From: Archangium sp.
GTDB taxonomy: Bacteria > Myxococcota > Myxococcia > Myxococcales > Myxococcaceae
Direction: 5' to 3'
Length of the DNA stretch: 64,000 nt
Assembly: GCA_031367385.1 (NCBI GenBank)
Contig: JANLPS010000176.1
Location: forward strand, 16,304-80,303
Shown here piece by piece: positions 10,282 to 20,130 of this stretch. Position numbers and translations under genes: made by a program. Numbering within the stretch: position 1 is the stretch's first letter; each line of letters opens with the position of its first letter. The notes under the pieces are model-generated. The model was not told where the DNA came from. It ran no database searches and saw only the letters and a program-made list of their open reading frames with translations.

Positions 10282-12000
10282 CTATTTGCTCATCGCTTGG
10301 CGCACGGCCCCGTCGGCTTCGCGAATCGTGAAGACCACCTGGCTGGCCCCGGCCTCTCGCAGGCGTGCCGCGGTCTCGGAGACGTGCGCTTCGATCTCGG
10401 CAGGCAACAAGACCAGAATCATGCACTGCGGCAACGCGGCCCTGAGGCGCCGGCACAGAAACCGGGCGTTGACGCTGCCGCCGGGAGGCATGGCGCCGAT
10501 GCAGACCATACCCGGCTTGCGCTTTATCACCGCCTCGACCGCTTCGGCGCGCGGCATCACCGGCATCACATCGATGGGCAGCCCGACCTGATGGGTCACC
10601 GCCGCCAACATCTTGAGCAACAACCCATCGGCCGGTGACTCGGCGGGCAGCCCCACCACCGAGAGTGAGGCGGCGGCCCGAACTGGCCCCGACTTGCCTT
10701 GGAGCTTCTCGAGCACGTCGACCACGTCTTTGACCACCTGCTCTGCGGCGCTGTCGTCGATGGCCTGCTGGCTCTGATCTCGGGTCATCAGCATCAGCGA
10801 GGGGCGCACCACGGCGTCGAGCGCCTCGCCCAACGAGGTGAGCGACACCTGCCGCTGCACCACACGCACGGCATCGCCCTTCGCGCCGGCGAGCACGCGC
10901 TGGTAAAAATCAACCGATGGGCTCAGCCCCGGCTCATCGCCAAGCGCGATGGCCAAGAACTTCAGCCGTGGCACGTGCCGCCCCACCACCGCCGCGCACA
11001 CCGTCAACGGAGTGGCCAACACCAGCCCCAACGGCCCCCACAACCAGGTCCAGAACAGGGTTGAGATCAGCAACGCCAGCGCCGAGACGCCAGTGCGCTT
11101 GCCCATCACCCAGGGCTCGATGAAGTTGCCGACCAGCACGTCGATCACCACGAACAGCAGCACGGTGAGCCCCGTCTCACGCCACCCGGGGAAGATCGCG
11201 AACGCGATCAGCGAGGGCAGCAGCACCGCGATGAACGCGCCGATCAGCGGCACGAAGCGCAGCAGGCCCGCGACCGCGCCCCACAGCAGCGCATACGGCA
11301 ACCCGATGAGCGAGAGCCCCACCGCGATGACCGCTCCGAAGCTCAAATTGATGTACGCCTGGGTGAGCAGATAGTGGCTGATGCGGTTGACCGCTTCGCT
11401 CATCGTTCGCGTGGTGACGGTGACGTTCTGTGGCCCGAGCAGCTGAATGATTCGACCCCGCAGATCTTCTCGCAGCGCGAGCATGAAGACGGTCAACACC
11501 AGAATGACACCGGCGAACGCCAGCGGCTGCAGTAACGGTCGAAGGGTCGCTTCGAGCTGCTGCAGGGCATTGGTGTCTTCGTGCACCAGCCGCACCTGCG
11601 CCGCCGAGTGATTCGCATCGGAGGCTTCGGCGTTGATGAGCTGGCCCAGCGAGGTGATCGCACCGCTGAGCGCGCCGAGCGGCCCCATGCTCCCCTCGCG
11701 CAGCATCGCGATCTTGTGCGTAATCTGTTGGGAGTACGACTGCAGTTGCGCAGCAAGCGAGGCGATCTGCGAGAAGAGCAGCGCTGCGAGCACCGCGAAG
11801 CCCGAGACGGCCGCGCCGACCACCGTGAGCAGTGAGAGCGAACGTGGCACCCCCACCCGCTCGAGCGCCTCGGCCGGCGGCGTCAGCACGAAGGCGAAAT
11901 AGAAGGCCAGGGCGATCGGCACCAACACCGTCTTGCCCAGCGCGAGAATCGCGACGAGCAAGGCCGCCTCGACGACGACGCTGACTTTTAGACTCCGCAC
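10282..12000 (-). CDS. AI-2E family transporter with a C-terminal cytoplasmic domain
   Basis: LLRFVPLIG, GNFIEPWVMG and FWTWLWGPLGLVLATPLT motifs; GTG 12000 overlaps the response regulator stop region. Confidence 0.88.
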   Translation of the reverse strand: MRSLKVSVVVEAALLVAILALGKTVLVPIALAFYFAFVLTPPAEALERVGVPRSLSLLTVVGAAVSGFAVLAALLFSQIASLAAQLQSYSQQITHKIAMLREGSMGPLGALSGAITSLGQLINAEASDANHSAAQVRLVHEDTNALQQLEATLRPLLQPLAFAGVILVLTVFMLALREDLRGRIIQLLGPQNVTVTTRTMSEAVNRISHYLLTQAYINLSFGAVIAVGLSLIGLPYALLWGAVAGLLRFVPLIGAFIAVLLPSLIAFAIFPGWRETGLTVLLFVVIDVLVGNFIEPWVMGKRTGVSALALLISTLFWTWLWGPLGLVLATPLTVCAAVVGRHVPRLKFLAIALGDEPGLSPSVDFYQRVLAGAKGDAVRVVQRQVSLTSLGEALDAVVRPSLMLMTRDQSQQAIDDSAAEQVVKDVVDVLEKLQGKSGPVRAAASLSVVGLPAESPADGLLLKMLAAVTHQVGLPIDVMPVMPRAEAVEAVIKRKPGMVCIGAMPPGGSVNARFLCRRLRAALPQCMILVLLPAEIEAHVSETAARLREAGASQVVFTIREADGAVRQAMSK

Positions 12001-12353
12001 AGCTCGTTGATTCTGAACAACAAGGTGGGCACGTCGGTGGGCTTCTCGAACGCGCCCTCGACCTGCAGCTTGCCTCGCTGCTCGGGCGTCATGCCAGCCA
12101 GCACCACCACCGGTATCGAGCGCCAGACCGTCGACTTCTTGAGGGCCTCGCAAAATTCCCAGCCGCTGACGACGGGCATCTGCAGGTCGGTTAAAATCAG
12201 ATCGGGGTCGAAGCCGTTCTTGAGCAACGACATCGCGACGCTGCCGTCTTCGGCCATCGCGACGGCGTAGCCCTCGTTCTCGAGCACGCCAGCCAGCGTC
12301 TCTCGGTTCGCGATGTCATCATCTACGACCAGAATTTTGCAGCCATTCGCCAT
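11988..12353 (-). CDS. Single-domain response regulator
   Basis: ILVVDDD, DLILTDLQMPVVSG and EKP motifs. Confidence 0.92.
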   Translation of the reverse strand: MANGCKILVVDDDIANRETLAGVLENEGYAVAMAEDGSVAMSLLKNGFDPDLILTDLQMPVVSGWEFCEALKKSTVWRSIPVVVLAGMTPEQRGKLQVEGAFEKPTDVPTLLFRINELCGV

Positions 12354-12442
12354 GAGTCACTCCGCCCACCCCACCTGTGCACAAAATGATCCGCTCGAAA
12401 GACGGGTCATGAGGCCGTGTTTCGGTGCGTTGACGGCTCCGG

Positions 12443-13729
12443 GTGGCCCATTCGGCGCAGGAGTTCCCCAGTGAGCGTTTTCGCCTCACGCAGAACCGCC
12501 ACAGCTTGCCATTCGCTCCTGCCAGAGAGCCCGGGCACAGCGCTTGTACCAGCGGTGGCCGGAGACCCGTCATCACCACCCTCGAAACCAACGCTTTGAC
12601 CCCCGCGGCCTTCGCGGTGCGACCAGTCGAGACCGCCGATGGCGGCAAGGCATTGCGCATCGAAGGGTCGGTGCGCTTCGAAGACGGCCCTGCGCTGTGG
12701 GCTCAGGTGCTCGAGCAGACCAAGCAGGTCGAGAAGACGCAGCGGTGCGACTTCGACATGTCGGCCCTCGATGACATCGATGGCGGGTCGGTGGCGTTGC
12801 TGGTGCAGTTGCGTGCTGACTTGTACCGCCGCGGCGCGAGCTCAGACTTCATCGGCGGCTCGGGTCAGGTGCAGAAGCTGATTCAGCTCTACCGGGGCGA
12901 CGTCAAAGTGGGTCGCCTCTCGAAGCCACGCCGGCCCGGCCTGCTCGACCAAATCGGTACCGCCACGCTCGACATATTTCACGAGTTCAAGCTGGTCTTT
13001 GCGTTCTTCGGGTCAGCCATTCGCGCCACGATTGGCGTCATTCGCAGCCCCACGACCGGCAATTGGGGCGACGTTGCTCCGACGATGGAGCGCTCTGGTG
13101 CCGACGCGGTGCCGATCGTCATTTTGATTAACTTCTTGATCGGCGTCGTGATGGCTTTTCAAGGCGCGGTGCAGCTCAAGCAGTTCGGCGCCAACATCTA
13201 CGTCGCTGACCTGGTGAGCCTCTCAATCTGCCGCGAGCTGGGGCCCCTGATGACGGCGATCATCTTGTGCGGGCGCTCGGGTGCCGCGTTCGCTGCGGAG
13301 ATCGGCTCGATGAAGGTCTCTGAAGAGATCGACGCGCTGCGAACGATGGGCTTCGGGCCGGTGCGATTTCTGGTGCTGCCAAGACTGGTCGCGCTGGTGC
13401 TGGTGCTGCCGATGCTCACCCTGCTGGGCGACGCGGTCGGCATCGTGGGCGGCTTGGTGGTCGGCGTGCTGAACTTAGACCTCACCATCGTCGCCTATTT
13501 CAAAGAGACGCAAGGCGCGCTGACCCTGTGGGACATCTTTTCGGGCATGCTCAAGAGCGTCGCCTTCGCCTCGGTGATCACGCTGATCTCGTGCCAGCAG
13601 GGCCTGGCGACGACCGGCGGCGCGGCGGGTGTCGGGCGGCGCACCACCTCGTCGGTGGTCTCGATTCTCTTCGCTTTGATTCTGGTCGACGCCGGGTTCA
13701 CGGCCCTCTTCTTCGCGGTCGGCAAATGA
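12443..13729 (+). CDS. mlaE: MlaE-family ABC permease with an N-terminal STAS domain (true start probably near 12595)
   Basis: STAS-like DMSALDDIDGGSVALL; RELGPLMTAII.CGRSGAAFAAEIGSMKVSEEIDAL; VGRRTTSSVV. Confidence 0.9.
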   Translation: MAHSAQEFPSERFRLTQNRHSLPFAPAREPGHSACTSGGRRPVITTLETNALTPAAFAVRPVETADGGKALRIEGSVRFEDGPALWAQVLEQTKQVEKTQRCDFDMSALDDIDGGSVALLVQLRADLYRRGASSDFIGGSGQVQKLIQLYRGDVKVGRLSKPRRPGLLDQIGTATLDIFHEFKLVFAFFGSAIRATIGVIRSPTTGNWGDVAPTMERSGADAVPIVILINFLIGVVMAFQGAVQLKQFGANIYVADLVSLSICRELGPLMTAIILCGRSGAAFAAEIGSMKVSEEIDALRTMGFGPVRFLVLPRLVALVLVLPMLTLLGDAVGIVGGLVVGVLNLDLTIVAYFKETQGALTLWDIFSGMLKSVAFASVITLISCQQGLATTGGAAGVGRRTTSSVVSILFALILVDAGFTALFFAVGK

Positions 13730-14505
13730 ACGCGCCGATCACTTCAAACAACCCGCTGATCAAGGTCGACGGCCTGACCCTGGGGTGGGGCGACCGGGTG
13801 CTGCTCGAGAACGCCAGCTTCGAGGTCAAGCGCGGTGACATCTTCGCGATTCTGGGCGGCAGCGGCTGCGGCAAGTCGACCATGCTCAGGCACCTCATCG
13901 GTCTCGAGTCGCCCCTGGCCGGGTCGATTGAAATCGAAGGTAAACCCAGCACCTCGCTCAGCGTGGGCCGGCCCGAGTTCGGCGTGATGTTTCAGTCAGG
14001 AGCGCTCTTTGGCTCGATGACGGTGGGCGAGAACCTCGCCCTGCAGCTCACCCAGTGGACGGAGCTCGAGACCGATGCAATCAACGCCATCGTTCGCGCC
14101 AAGCTGCGGCTGGTCGGCCTCAACGACGCCGAAGACAAGTTTCCCTCCGAGCTGTCGGGTGGCATGAAGAAGCGCGCGGCGATTGCCCGGGCCATGGTGC
14201 TCGAGCCCGACCTCCTTTTTCTCGACGAGCCCTCAGCCGGCCTCGACCCGGTCAGCTCCTTCGAGCTCGACGCGCTGATCAAGTCGCTCAACGAGGCTCT
14301 GGGCTTGACCGTGGTGTTCGTCTCGCACGAGCTCGAGAGCATTTTCTCGATCGCCACCGGCTGCGTGATGCTCGACCGCGAGAGCAAGAGCATCATCGCG
14401 CGCGGCGACCCCCGGGTGCTGCGCGACACGTCGAAAGACCCAAGGGTCAGCAGCTTCTTCAATCGGCGCGCCGCCGCCGACTCAACCTCAGAAAGAAACG
14501 CATGA
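13726..14505 (+). CDS. mlaF: MlaF-like ABC ATPase
   Basis: GGSGCGKS Walker A, LSGGM signature, LFLDEP Walker B; ATGA overlap with the permease. Confidence 0.92.
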   Translation: MNAPITSNNPLIKVDGLTLGWGDRVLLENASFEVKRGDIFAILGGSGCGKSTMLRHLIGLESPLAGSIEIEGKPSTSLSVGRPEFGVMFQSGALFGSMTVGENLALQLTQWTELETDAINAIVRAKLRLVGLNDAEDKFPSELSGGMKKRAAIARAMVLEPDLLFLDEPSAGLDPVSSFELDALIKSLNEALGLTVVFVSHELESIFSIATGCVMLDRESKSIIARGDPRVLRDTSKDPRVSSFFNRRAAADSTSERNA

Positions 14506-15473
14506 GCACCTCAACCAACCATTGGAAGCTCGGCCTGTTCGTCGTGGTCGGCGCCCTGTCGATCATCGCGACCGTGGTCTACTTCGGAGGTCGCACACTC
14601 CGAAAAGAGACCGTGTCGTACAAGACCTACTTCGACGAGTCGGTGCAAGGGCTTGAGATCGGCTCGCCAGTGAAGTTTCGCGGCGTGAGCATCGGCTCGG
14701 TCGCGCAGATCGACCTCGCCGGTGACAAGCGCCACGTCGAGGTCACCTATGCGCTGGGCGTCAAGGTGCTGCACTCGCTGGGGCTGGCGGTCGAGGAGCT
14801 CGAGGGCAAGAAGACCAAGCTGGTGATACCCGATGACTTGAGGGCGCAGCTGGCGTCGTCGGGCATCACCGGAGTCAAGTTCGTGCAGCTCGACTTCTTC
14901 GACGTCGCCTCGAACCCACCCGCGCAGCTGCCCTTCGAGGTCGCCGAAAATTCGATACCCGCGGCGGCGTCTATGATGAAGAGCCTCGAGAGCTCGGTGG
15001 TGCAGGCGGTCGACCGTTTTCCCGAGCTGGCATCGCAGCTGGTGTTGGTCATCACCCAGGTGAACACGCTCTTCGCCAACGTGCAGAGCTCAGACCTGAT
15101 GAACAAGCTCTCTGACACCGTGATGCTGATCAACCGCGTGCTGACGCAGCTGAGCGCGTCGCTGGCGGTGCTCGACGTGCCGCGGCTCTCGGGTGACATT
15201 CAGCAGACGCTGAAGAACGTGAACCTGGCCCTGGTCAGCGTGAACGACGTGGTCAGCCGCGCGGGGGGCGAGAAGGGGCTCTTGTCGAGCCTGCAGAACA
15301 CCTCCGACTCGCTGGGCGGCATGGCGAAGAACGCGAACCACGTGGGGCCGGCGATTGAAGAAGCACTGCGCGATGTGCAGGGCGCGGCGCAGTCGGTTCA
15401 GCGGCTGGCCGATGCGCTCGAGGTCGACCCCGACATGCTGATCAAGGGCCGCGCGAAAAGGGTGAAGCCATGA
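14502..15473 (+). CDS. mlaD: MlaD/MCE-domain protein with a helical extension
   Basis: N-terminal TM; SVQGLEIGSPVKFRGVSIGSV MCE motif; ATGA overlap. Confidence 0.9.
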   Translation: MSTSTNHWKLGLFVVVGALSIIATVVYFGGRTLRKETVSYKTYFDESVQGLEIGSPVKFRGVSIGSVAQIDLAGDKRHVEVTYALGVKVLHSLGLAVEELEGKKTKLVIPDDLRAQLASSGITGVKFVQLDFFDVASNPPAQLPFEVAENSIPAAASMMKSLESSVVQAVDRFPELASQLVLVITQVNTLFANVQSSDLMNKLSDTVMLINRVLTQLSASLAVLDVPRLSGDIQQTLKNVNLALVSVNDVVSRAGGEKGLLSSLQNTSDSLGGMAKNANHVGPAIEEALRDVQGAAQSVQRLADALEVDPDMLIKGRAKRVKP

Positions 15474-16093
15474 AGCGCGCATTTTTTGTCACGTTGCTCG
15501 TGCTGAGTCTTCAGTCGTGTGCCCTGTTCTCGAAGGGCGAGGTCACCACCCGGCGCTACTTCAGCCCAGATCTGCCGGCCGCTCAGAACGCCAACCTCGA
15601 GCGGAGAACCGACCTGCAGCTGCGTTTGGCGCGGGTGAGCGCGAATCGCACGCTCTCAGAGCGAATCATGTACCGCGATTCGGAGCACGAGGTGGGCTTC
15701 TACGACGACCTGGTGTGGACGGAGCGGCCCGAGGCGTATCTGGCCCGCGGTCTGACCCGGGTGCTGTTCGAAGAGCGAGGCCTGCGCAGCATCGTGGGCG
15801 GGCCGGGGCCGACGCTCGACGTCGAGCTGGTGCGGTTCGAAGAGGTGAAGGCGCCAGCGCACGTCGCGCGCGTGCGAATCACATTCACCCTGTCTGATGA
15901 ACGGTTGGTCTCGGTACAAAAGACCCTCAACCTCGAGCGCCCGATCGCGGCGACCACCGCGAAAGAGGCCCTGGGGCCGGCGCTGGCCGAGGCGATGGGC
16001 GAGGCGCTGCGCGACGCGATCTCCGAGCTGTCATCGGTGGTGATGGCCGAGCTGGCCAAGACGCCCGCACCGGTGAAGACCACCGCTCGGTAA
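15470..16093 (+). CDS. PqiC-like ABC auxiliary lipoprotein
   Basis: LQSC lipobox; YDDLVWTERP motif; last gene of the MCE operon. Confidence 0.82.
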   Translation: MKRAFFVTLLVLSLQSCALFSKGEVTTRRYFSPDLPAAQNANLERRTDLQLRLARVSANRTLSERIMYRDSEHEVGFYDDLVWTERPEAYLARGLTRVLFEERGLRSIVGGPGPTLDVELVRFEEVKAPAHVARVRITFTLSDERLVSVQKTLNLERPIAATTAKEALGPALAEAMGEALRDAISELSSVVMAELAKTPAPVKTTAR

Positions 16094-16232
16094 ACCGATG
16101 TGGTCGATCACGACCGATCGTACGCCGGTGTCGCATTGACCTGGGCCTTCGGGCAGAGGCCTGGTCTCGTGGTTTGATCTCGCGCCAAAATTCTCCCATC
16201 TTCACCGCGCCGGAGGACGAACGCCCCGACCC

Positions 16233-16880
16233 ATGACCGAGCTTCCCGACGCGAATCGCCTCCAGTCTTTGCTGTGCTCTCGATGGGTCAATCGCATTGG
16301 CGGAGCGGTGTTGGTGGGCATTCAATTTGGGCGACTCTCGGTGCTCGCGCCGACTCGCTCGATGCCCAGCTTCGTGACCTTGATGACCGGCTTCGCGATC
16401 ATCGCCTTGTTCGCGCTGTGGCGCCGTGTGCCACACGCCGTGACACTGCAGCCGCAGCACTGGGTCACCACCTTCGTCTGCACCGGCTTGGGCGTCTCGA
16501 GCTCGGTCTTCGCCTGGAGCAATGGCGTTCAGCTCCTCCCAGACTGGCTCTTGACGGGCACCTTGGCGGCGGCGGCGGTCTGCAGCCTGGTGTCGCGGGT
16601 GAGCCTTGGCCGCTGCTTCGGGCTGCTCCCGGCGAATCGCGGAGTCGTCACCCATGGCACGTACCGCTTCGTTCGCCACCCGGTGTTTGCCGCGTTTCTG
16701 GTGGCTGAGCTCGCCTTGCTGGCGGGTCGCTTCAGCCTGCCCCTGCTGGGCATGACGCTCGTGATGATGATGATGATTTGCGTGCGGGTGCTGCAAGAAG
16801 AGCGGTTCTTGGGCGACGACCCCGCGTACCAGCAGTACACGCGCGCTGTTCGATACCGGTTGGTGCCAGGCCTCTGGTGA
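16233..16880 (+). CDS. Isoprenylcysteine carboxyl methyltransferase (ICMT/PEMT) family membrane protein
   Basis: SLGRCFGLLPANRGVVTHGTYRFVRHP...EERFL...Y..Y...VRYRLVPG. Confidence 0.88.
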   Translation: MTELPDANRLQSLLCSRWVNRIGGAVLVGIQFGRLSVLAPTRSMPSFVTLMTGFAIIALFALWRRVPHAVTLQPQHWVTTFVCTGLGVSSSVFAWSNGVQLLPDWLLTGTLAAAAVCSLVSRVSLGRCFGLLPANRGVVTHGTYRFVRHPVFAAFLVAELALLAGRFSLPLLGMTLVMMMMICVRVLQEERFLGDDPAYQQYTRAVRYRLVPGLW

Positions 16881-16931
16881 TTCTAAGCTGGGCAGTCAGG
16901 CGCGAGTCTTTGTTTGCGTCAGCCCGCCACC

Positions 16932-17849
16932 ATGAGCCCGACCGAGCCCCATTCAGCCGAGTACTTCGGAGACCAGCGCGACTTCTGGTGGAACGCTGAC
17001 TTCATCGAGCTCATGGCAAAACGCTGGCGGCTGGGCGAGGCCCGCTCGGTGCTCGAGGTCGGCTCTGGCGTGGGCCACTGGAGCCGGGTGCTCGCGCCGC
17101 ACCTGCACCCCGACGCGACCCTCATCGGCCTCGAACGAGAGCCCCGGTGGGTCGAAGAAGCGCAGCGGCGCACGCCCCGCTTCACCTACCAGCAAGGCGA
17201 CGCGATGCAGCTGCCCTTCGCCGACGCCACGTTCGATGTCGTAACCTGTCAGACGGTGCTGATTCACTTGCCCGACGTGGCCGCGGCGCTGCGTGAAATG
17301 ACCCGGGTGCTCAAGCCTGGAGGCCTCTTGGCCGTGGCCGAGCCCAACAACATCGGGTCGGCGTTGGCGCCCACCGCGACCTCGAACGAGACCGACCTCG
17401 GCGAGGCGCTGCGACTCGCGCGGCTGCAGGCCATCTGCGAGCGGGGCAAGGCCTCGCTGGGCCTCGGCTTCAACTCGGTCGGCGAGCAGCTGCCCACCCT
17501 GTTTCGAAGCGCGGGTCTGACGGCGATGCAGGTGTACCAATCAGATCATGTCACCTCGCTGGTGCCGCCCTACGAGAGCCCGGCCGAGAAGGCGCACATC
17601 GCGCAGGCCTTGCAGTGGGCCGAACGTGATTTTTACTTCTGGGGCGCTGACGAGACCCGCCAGTACTTTCTGGCCGGCGGCGGAGAAGCTGCCGAATTCG
17701 AGCGTCTCTACGCCGAGGCACGCATGGCCGGCCAGCGAGACGCGCTGGCGATGCGCGAAGGCACCGCGGCATGCGCGGGGGGAGGGTTGTTCTATTTAAT
17801 CTCAGGTCGCAAGGTGCCCGGGCTTGTCGACGCCCCTCACGCCGCGTGA
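16932..17849 (+). CDS. Class I SAM-dependent methyltransferase
   Basis: VLEVGSGVG, GDAMQLPFADATFDVV and RVLKPGG motifs. Confidence 0.92.
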   Translation: MSPTEPHSAEYFGDQRDFWWNADFIELMAKRWRLGEARSVLEVGSGVGHWSRVLAPHLHPDATLIGLEREPRWVEEAQRRTPRFTYQQGDAMQLPFADATFDVVTCQTVLIHLPDVAAALREMTRVLKPGGLLAVAEPNNIGSALAPTATSNETDLGEALRLARLQAICERGKASLGLGFNSVGEQLPTLFRSAGLTAMQVYQSDHVTSLVPPYESPAEKAHIAQALQWAERDFYFWGADETRQYFLAGGGEAAEFERLYAEARMAGQRDALAMREGTAACAGGGLFYLISGRKVPGLVDAPHAA

Positions 17850-17896
17850 AAGGATGCCGCGTTCTTTTCGCACGGGCGACTTGAAGGGGGTTCTCG

Positions 17897-18994
17897 ATGC
17901 TCACCATCGTAATGACCGCAGTATTGACGGCGTCTAGCACCGGCGGGGCCCCCGGCATCGGCGTGCTCGACTTCGCGCCTCAGGGTGGAGCCTCGGCCGA
18001 GCTGGCCGCCGCGCTCTCGACCTTGACCGCGCAGGAGCTCGAGCGCTTGACCGTGTTTCGCGTCAGCAGCAGCGAGACGATGCGAGTGATGCTGGGGGTC
18101 GAGCGGCAGCGCCAGCTGGTCGGCTGCGAGAACTGCAACGGGTCGGCATTGGCCGACCTCGCCAGCTACGACTACATCGTCACCGGCAAGGTGTTGAAGA
18201 CCAAGACCGACTTCACCCTATTCTTCTCATTGGTGCCGGTGGGCTCGAGCCAGGCGGTCAGCTCGCACAAAGTGACCGCGGTGACCGAGGCGGCGCTGAT
18301 GCAAGAGGTGCGGCCGGCGGTGATCACGTTGATGGCCAAAGTGCTCGAGGGGCGGCAGGGCACGCTGATGGTGACCGCCTCCGAGGTGGGAGCAGACGTG
18401 AAGCTCGATGGGCGCCAGATCGGTACCACGCCAATCGACCCGGTCGTCATCGCTGGCGGGCCGCACCTGTTGACCGTCGAGAAAGATGGGTTCTCACCGG
18501 TGCGCAAAGAGGTGAAGGTCACGGTTGATCAGCTCACCGACGAGTCGGTTCGGTTGGCCCCCAGCCCCGACACCATCGTCGCGTACGAGACCCGGGCCAA
18601 GCGCCTGCGCGCCCTCGCGTGGACGATGGGCGGCATCGCGGTCGCGGGGTTCTTGGTGGCGGTCATCTCTGCGTCCGAAGGCGCGCGCATCTACGGCGAC
18701 ACCACGTCGGAAACGAGCTTTCAATATGCCCGCGCGCAGCTGCTCAAGAACGACGAGAGCTATCGAGCTAAGGCGAATGAGCTGAAGACCCAGCTGGCCA
18801 CCTGGAGCACGCTGGCGGTGGTTGGCATCTCGGTGGGGGCGGCGAGCGCCGTGGCCTCGGCGGTGCTGTTCATTCTGGGAGACGACCCGGGCAAGTACGA
18901 CCAGTTTCACCGCGTGCCGCAGAGGTCGAAGGCGCCGACGGTCGCGCTGTCACCGAGCCTGGGCGGCGTGGTGCTCTCTGGCACTTTCTGGTGA
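17897..18994 (+). CDS. PEGA domain-containing protein
   Basis: GADVKLDGRQIGTTP...GPHLLTVEKDGF; C-terminal hydrophobic segments ending GVVLSGTFW. Confidence 0.88.
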   Translation: MLTIVMTAVLTASSTGGAPGIGVLDFAPQGGASAELAAALSTLTAQELERLTVFRVSSSETMRVMLGVERQRQLVGCENCNGSALADLASYDYIVTGKVLKTKTDFTLFFSLVPVGSSQAVSSHKVTAVTEAALMQEVRPAVITLMAKVLEGRQGTLMVTASEVGADVKLDGRQIGTTPIDPVVIAGGPHLLTVEKDGFSPVRKEVKVTVDQLTDESVRLAPSPDTIVAYETRAKRLRALAWTMGGIAVAGFLVAVISASEGARIYGDTTSETSFQYARAQLLKNDESYRAKANELKTQLATWSTLAVVGISVGAASAVASAVLFILGDDPGKYDQFHRVPQRSKAPTVALSPSLGGVVLSGTFW

Positions 18995-20107
18995 GCCGAC
19001 GAGATCAGTCGAGCCCCGGGGCTGAACGCTGAACGTGAAGGCGGAGCCCTGGCCGACTTCGCCGTGGGCCTCGACGAACCCGCCGTGCTTCTCGACGATG
19101 CGGCGCACGGTGGCCAGACCGATGCCAATGCCGGGAAAATCGTGGTCGCTGTGGAGCCTTCGAAACGGGCGAAACAGGGAGCTCGCGAAGCTCATGTCGA
19201 AGCCAGCGCCGTTGTCGCTGACGACGATGCAGCCCGGCTTCTCGGGGCTGGCAGCGACCTCGATGCGCGGTGACCTCGTCTTGGCGGTGAACTTCCACGC
19301 GTTGCCCAGCAGGTTCTCGAGCACGATTCGGGTCAGCTCGGGGTCGCACCAGCGCTTGAGGCCAGGCGCCAGCACCCAGGTCAGCACCCGCTCGGGCTCA
19401 CGTGATTGCAGCTCGCTTATGACCGACTGGGCGAGGGCTGAGACGTCGACCTCGCGTCGGTTGACTCCGCCGTTGCCCAGGCGCGCCAACCGCAGCAGCG
19501 CGTCGATCAACCGGCCCATGCGGTGCCCGGCGGCCCGAATGCGCGAGAGCAGCTCGCGGCCGTCGTCATCGAGTCGAGCGGCAGAGCCCTCAGCGAGCAG
19601 CGCTGAAAAACCGTCGACCGCCCGAAGGGGCGCGCGAAGGTCGTGCGAGACCGAGTAGCAAAACGACTCGAGGTCTCGGTTCGAGGTCTCGAGCTCAAGG
19701 GTGCGTTGCGCGACGCGGTGCTCGAGCTGCTCGTTGAGCGCGCGCAAGGCCCCTTCGGCCCGCTTGCGATCTTCGATGTCGATGGAGTGAATGCACAGCC
19801 CCTGCGGCACCGGCTCGAGGCGCAGCTCGAACCAGCGCCGCGACCCGTCGGGAAAGGTGAAGTGGTTCTCGATCGCCGCCGGGTGCTGGGTCTCCATCAC
19901 CCGCTTCAGGTGAACGAAGAGCGCGCTGTTCTCGATGCCCGGGTAGGCCTCCCACATCTTCTTGCCTTCGAGCTGCTCGGGCGTGCTTCGACCCTGGGTG
20001 GCGGCCGCCGGGTTGACGTAGAGGTACACCCACTCGGGCGAGATGACTTGAAAGCCTTCGAGGAGGTGGTCCAGCACGCTCCGAGGGAGGGTTTGGCCGA
20101 AGGACAT
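18950..20107 (-). CDS. PAS-domain sensor histidine kinase
   Basis: PAS (YLYVNPAA), H-box SVSHDLRAPL, N-box NLLGNAWKF, DNGAGF and GIGLA motifs. Confidence 0.92.
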   Translation of the reverse strand: MSFGQTLPRSVLDHLLEGFQVISPEWVYLYVNPAAATQGRSTPEQLEGKKMWEAYPGIENSALFVHLKRVMETQHPAAIENHFTFPDGSRRWFELRLEPVPQGLCIHSIDIEDRKRAEGALRALNEQLEHRVAQRTLELETSNRDLESFCYSVSHDLRAPLRAVDGFSALLAEGSAARLDDDGRELLSRIRAAGHRMGRLIDALLRLARLGNGGVNRREVDVSALAQSVISELQSREPERVLTWVLAPGLKRWCDPELTRIVLENLLGNAWKFTAKTRSPRIEVAASPEKPGCIVVSDNGAGFDMSFASSLFRPFRRLHSDHDFPGIGIGLATVRRIVEKHGGFVEAHGEVGQGSAFTFSVQPRGSTDLVGSPESAREHHAAQAR

Positions 20108-20130
20108 CGCACAAAGAACCATACAGCGAG

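Noticed and set aside
12533..12548. Sigma54-like GGGCAC-N5-TTGTA upstream of mlaE
   Set aside because: The -12 GC is replaced by GT; too weak to call
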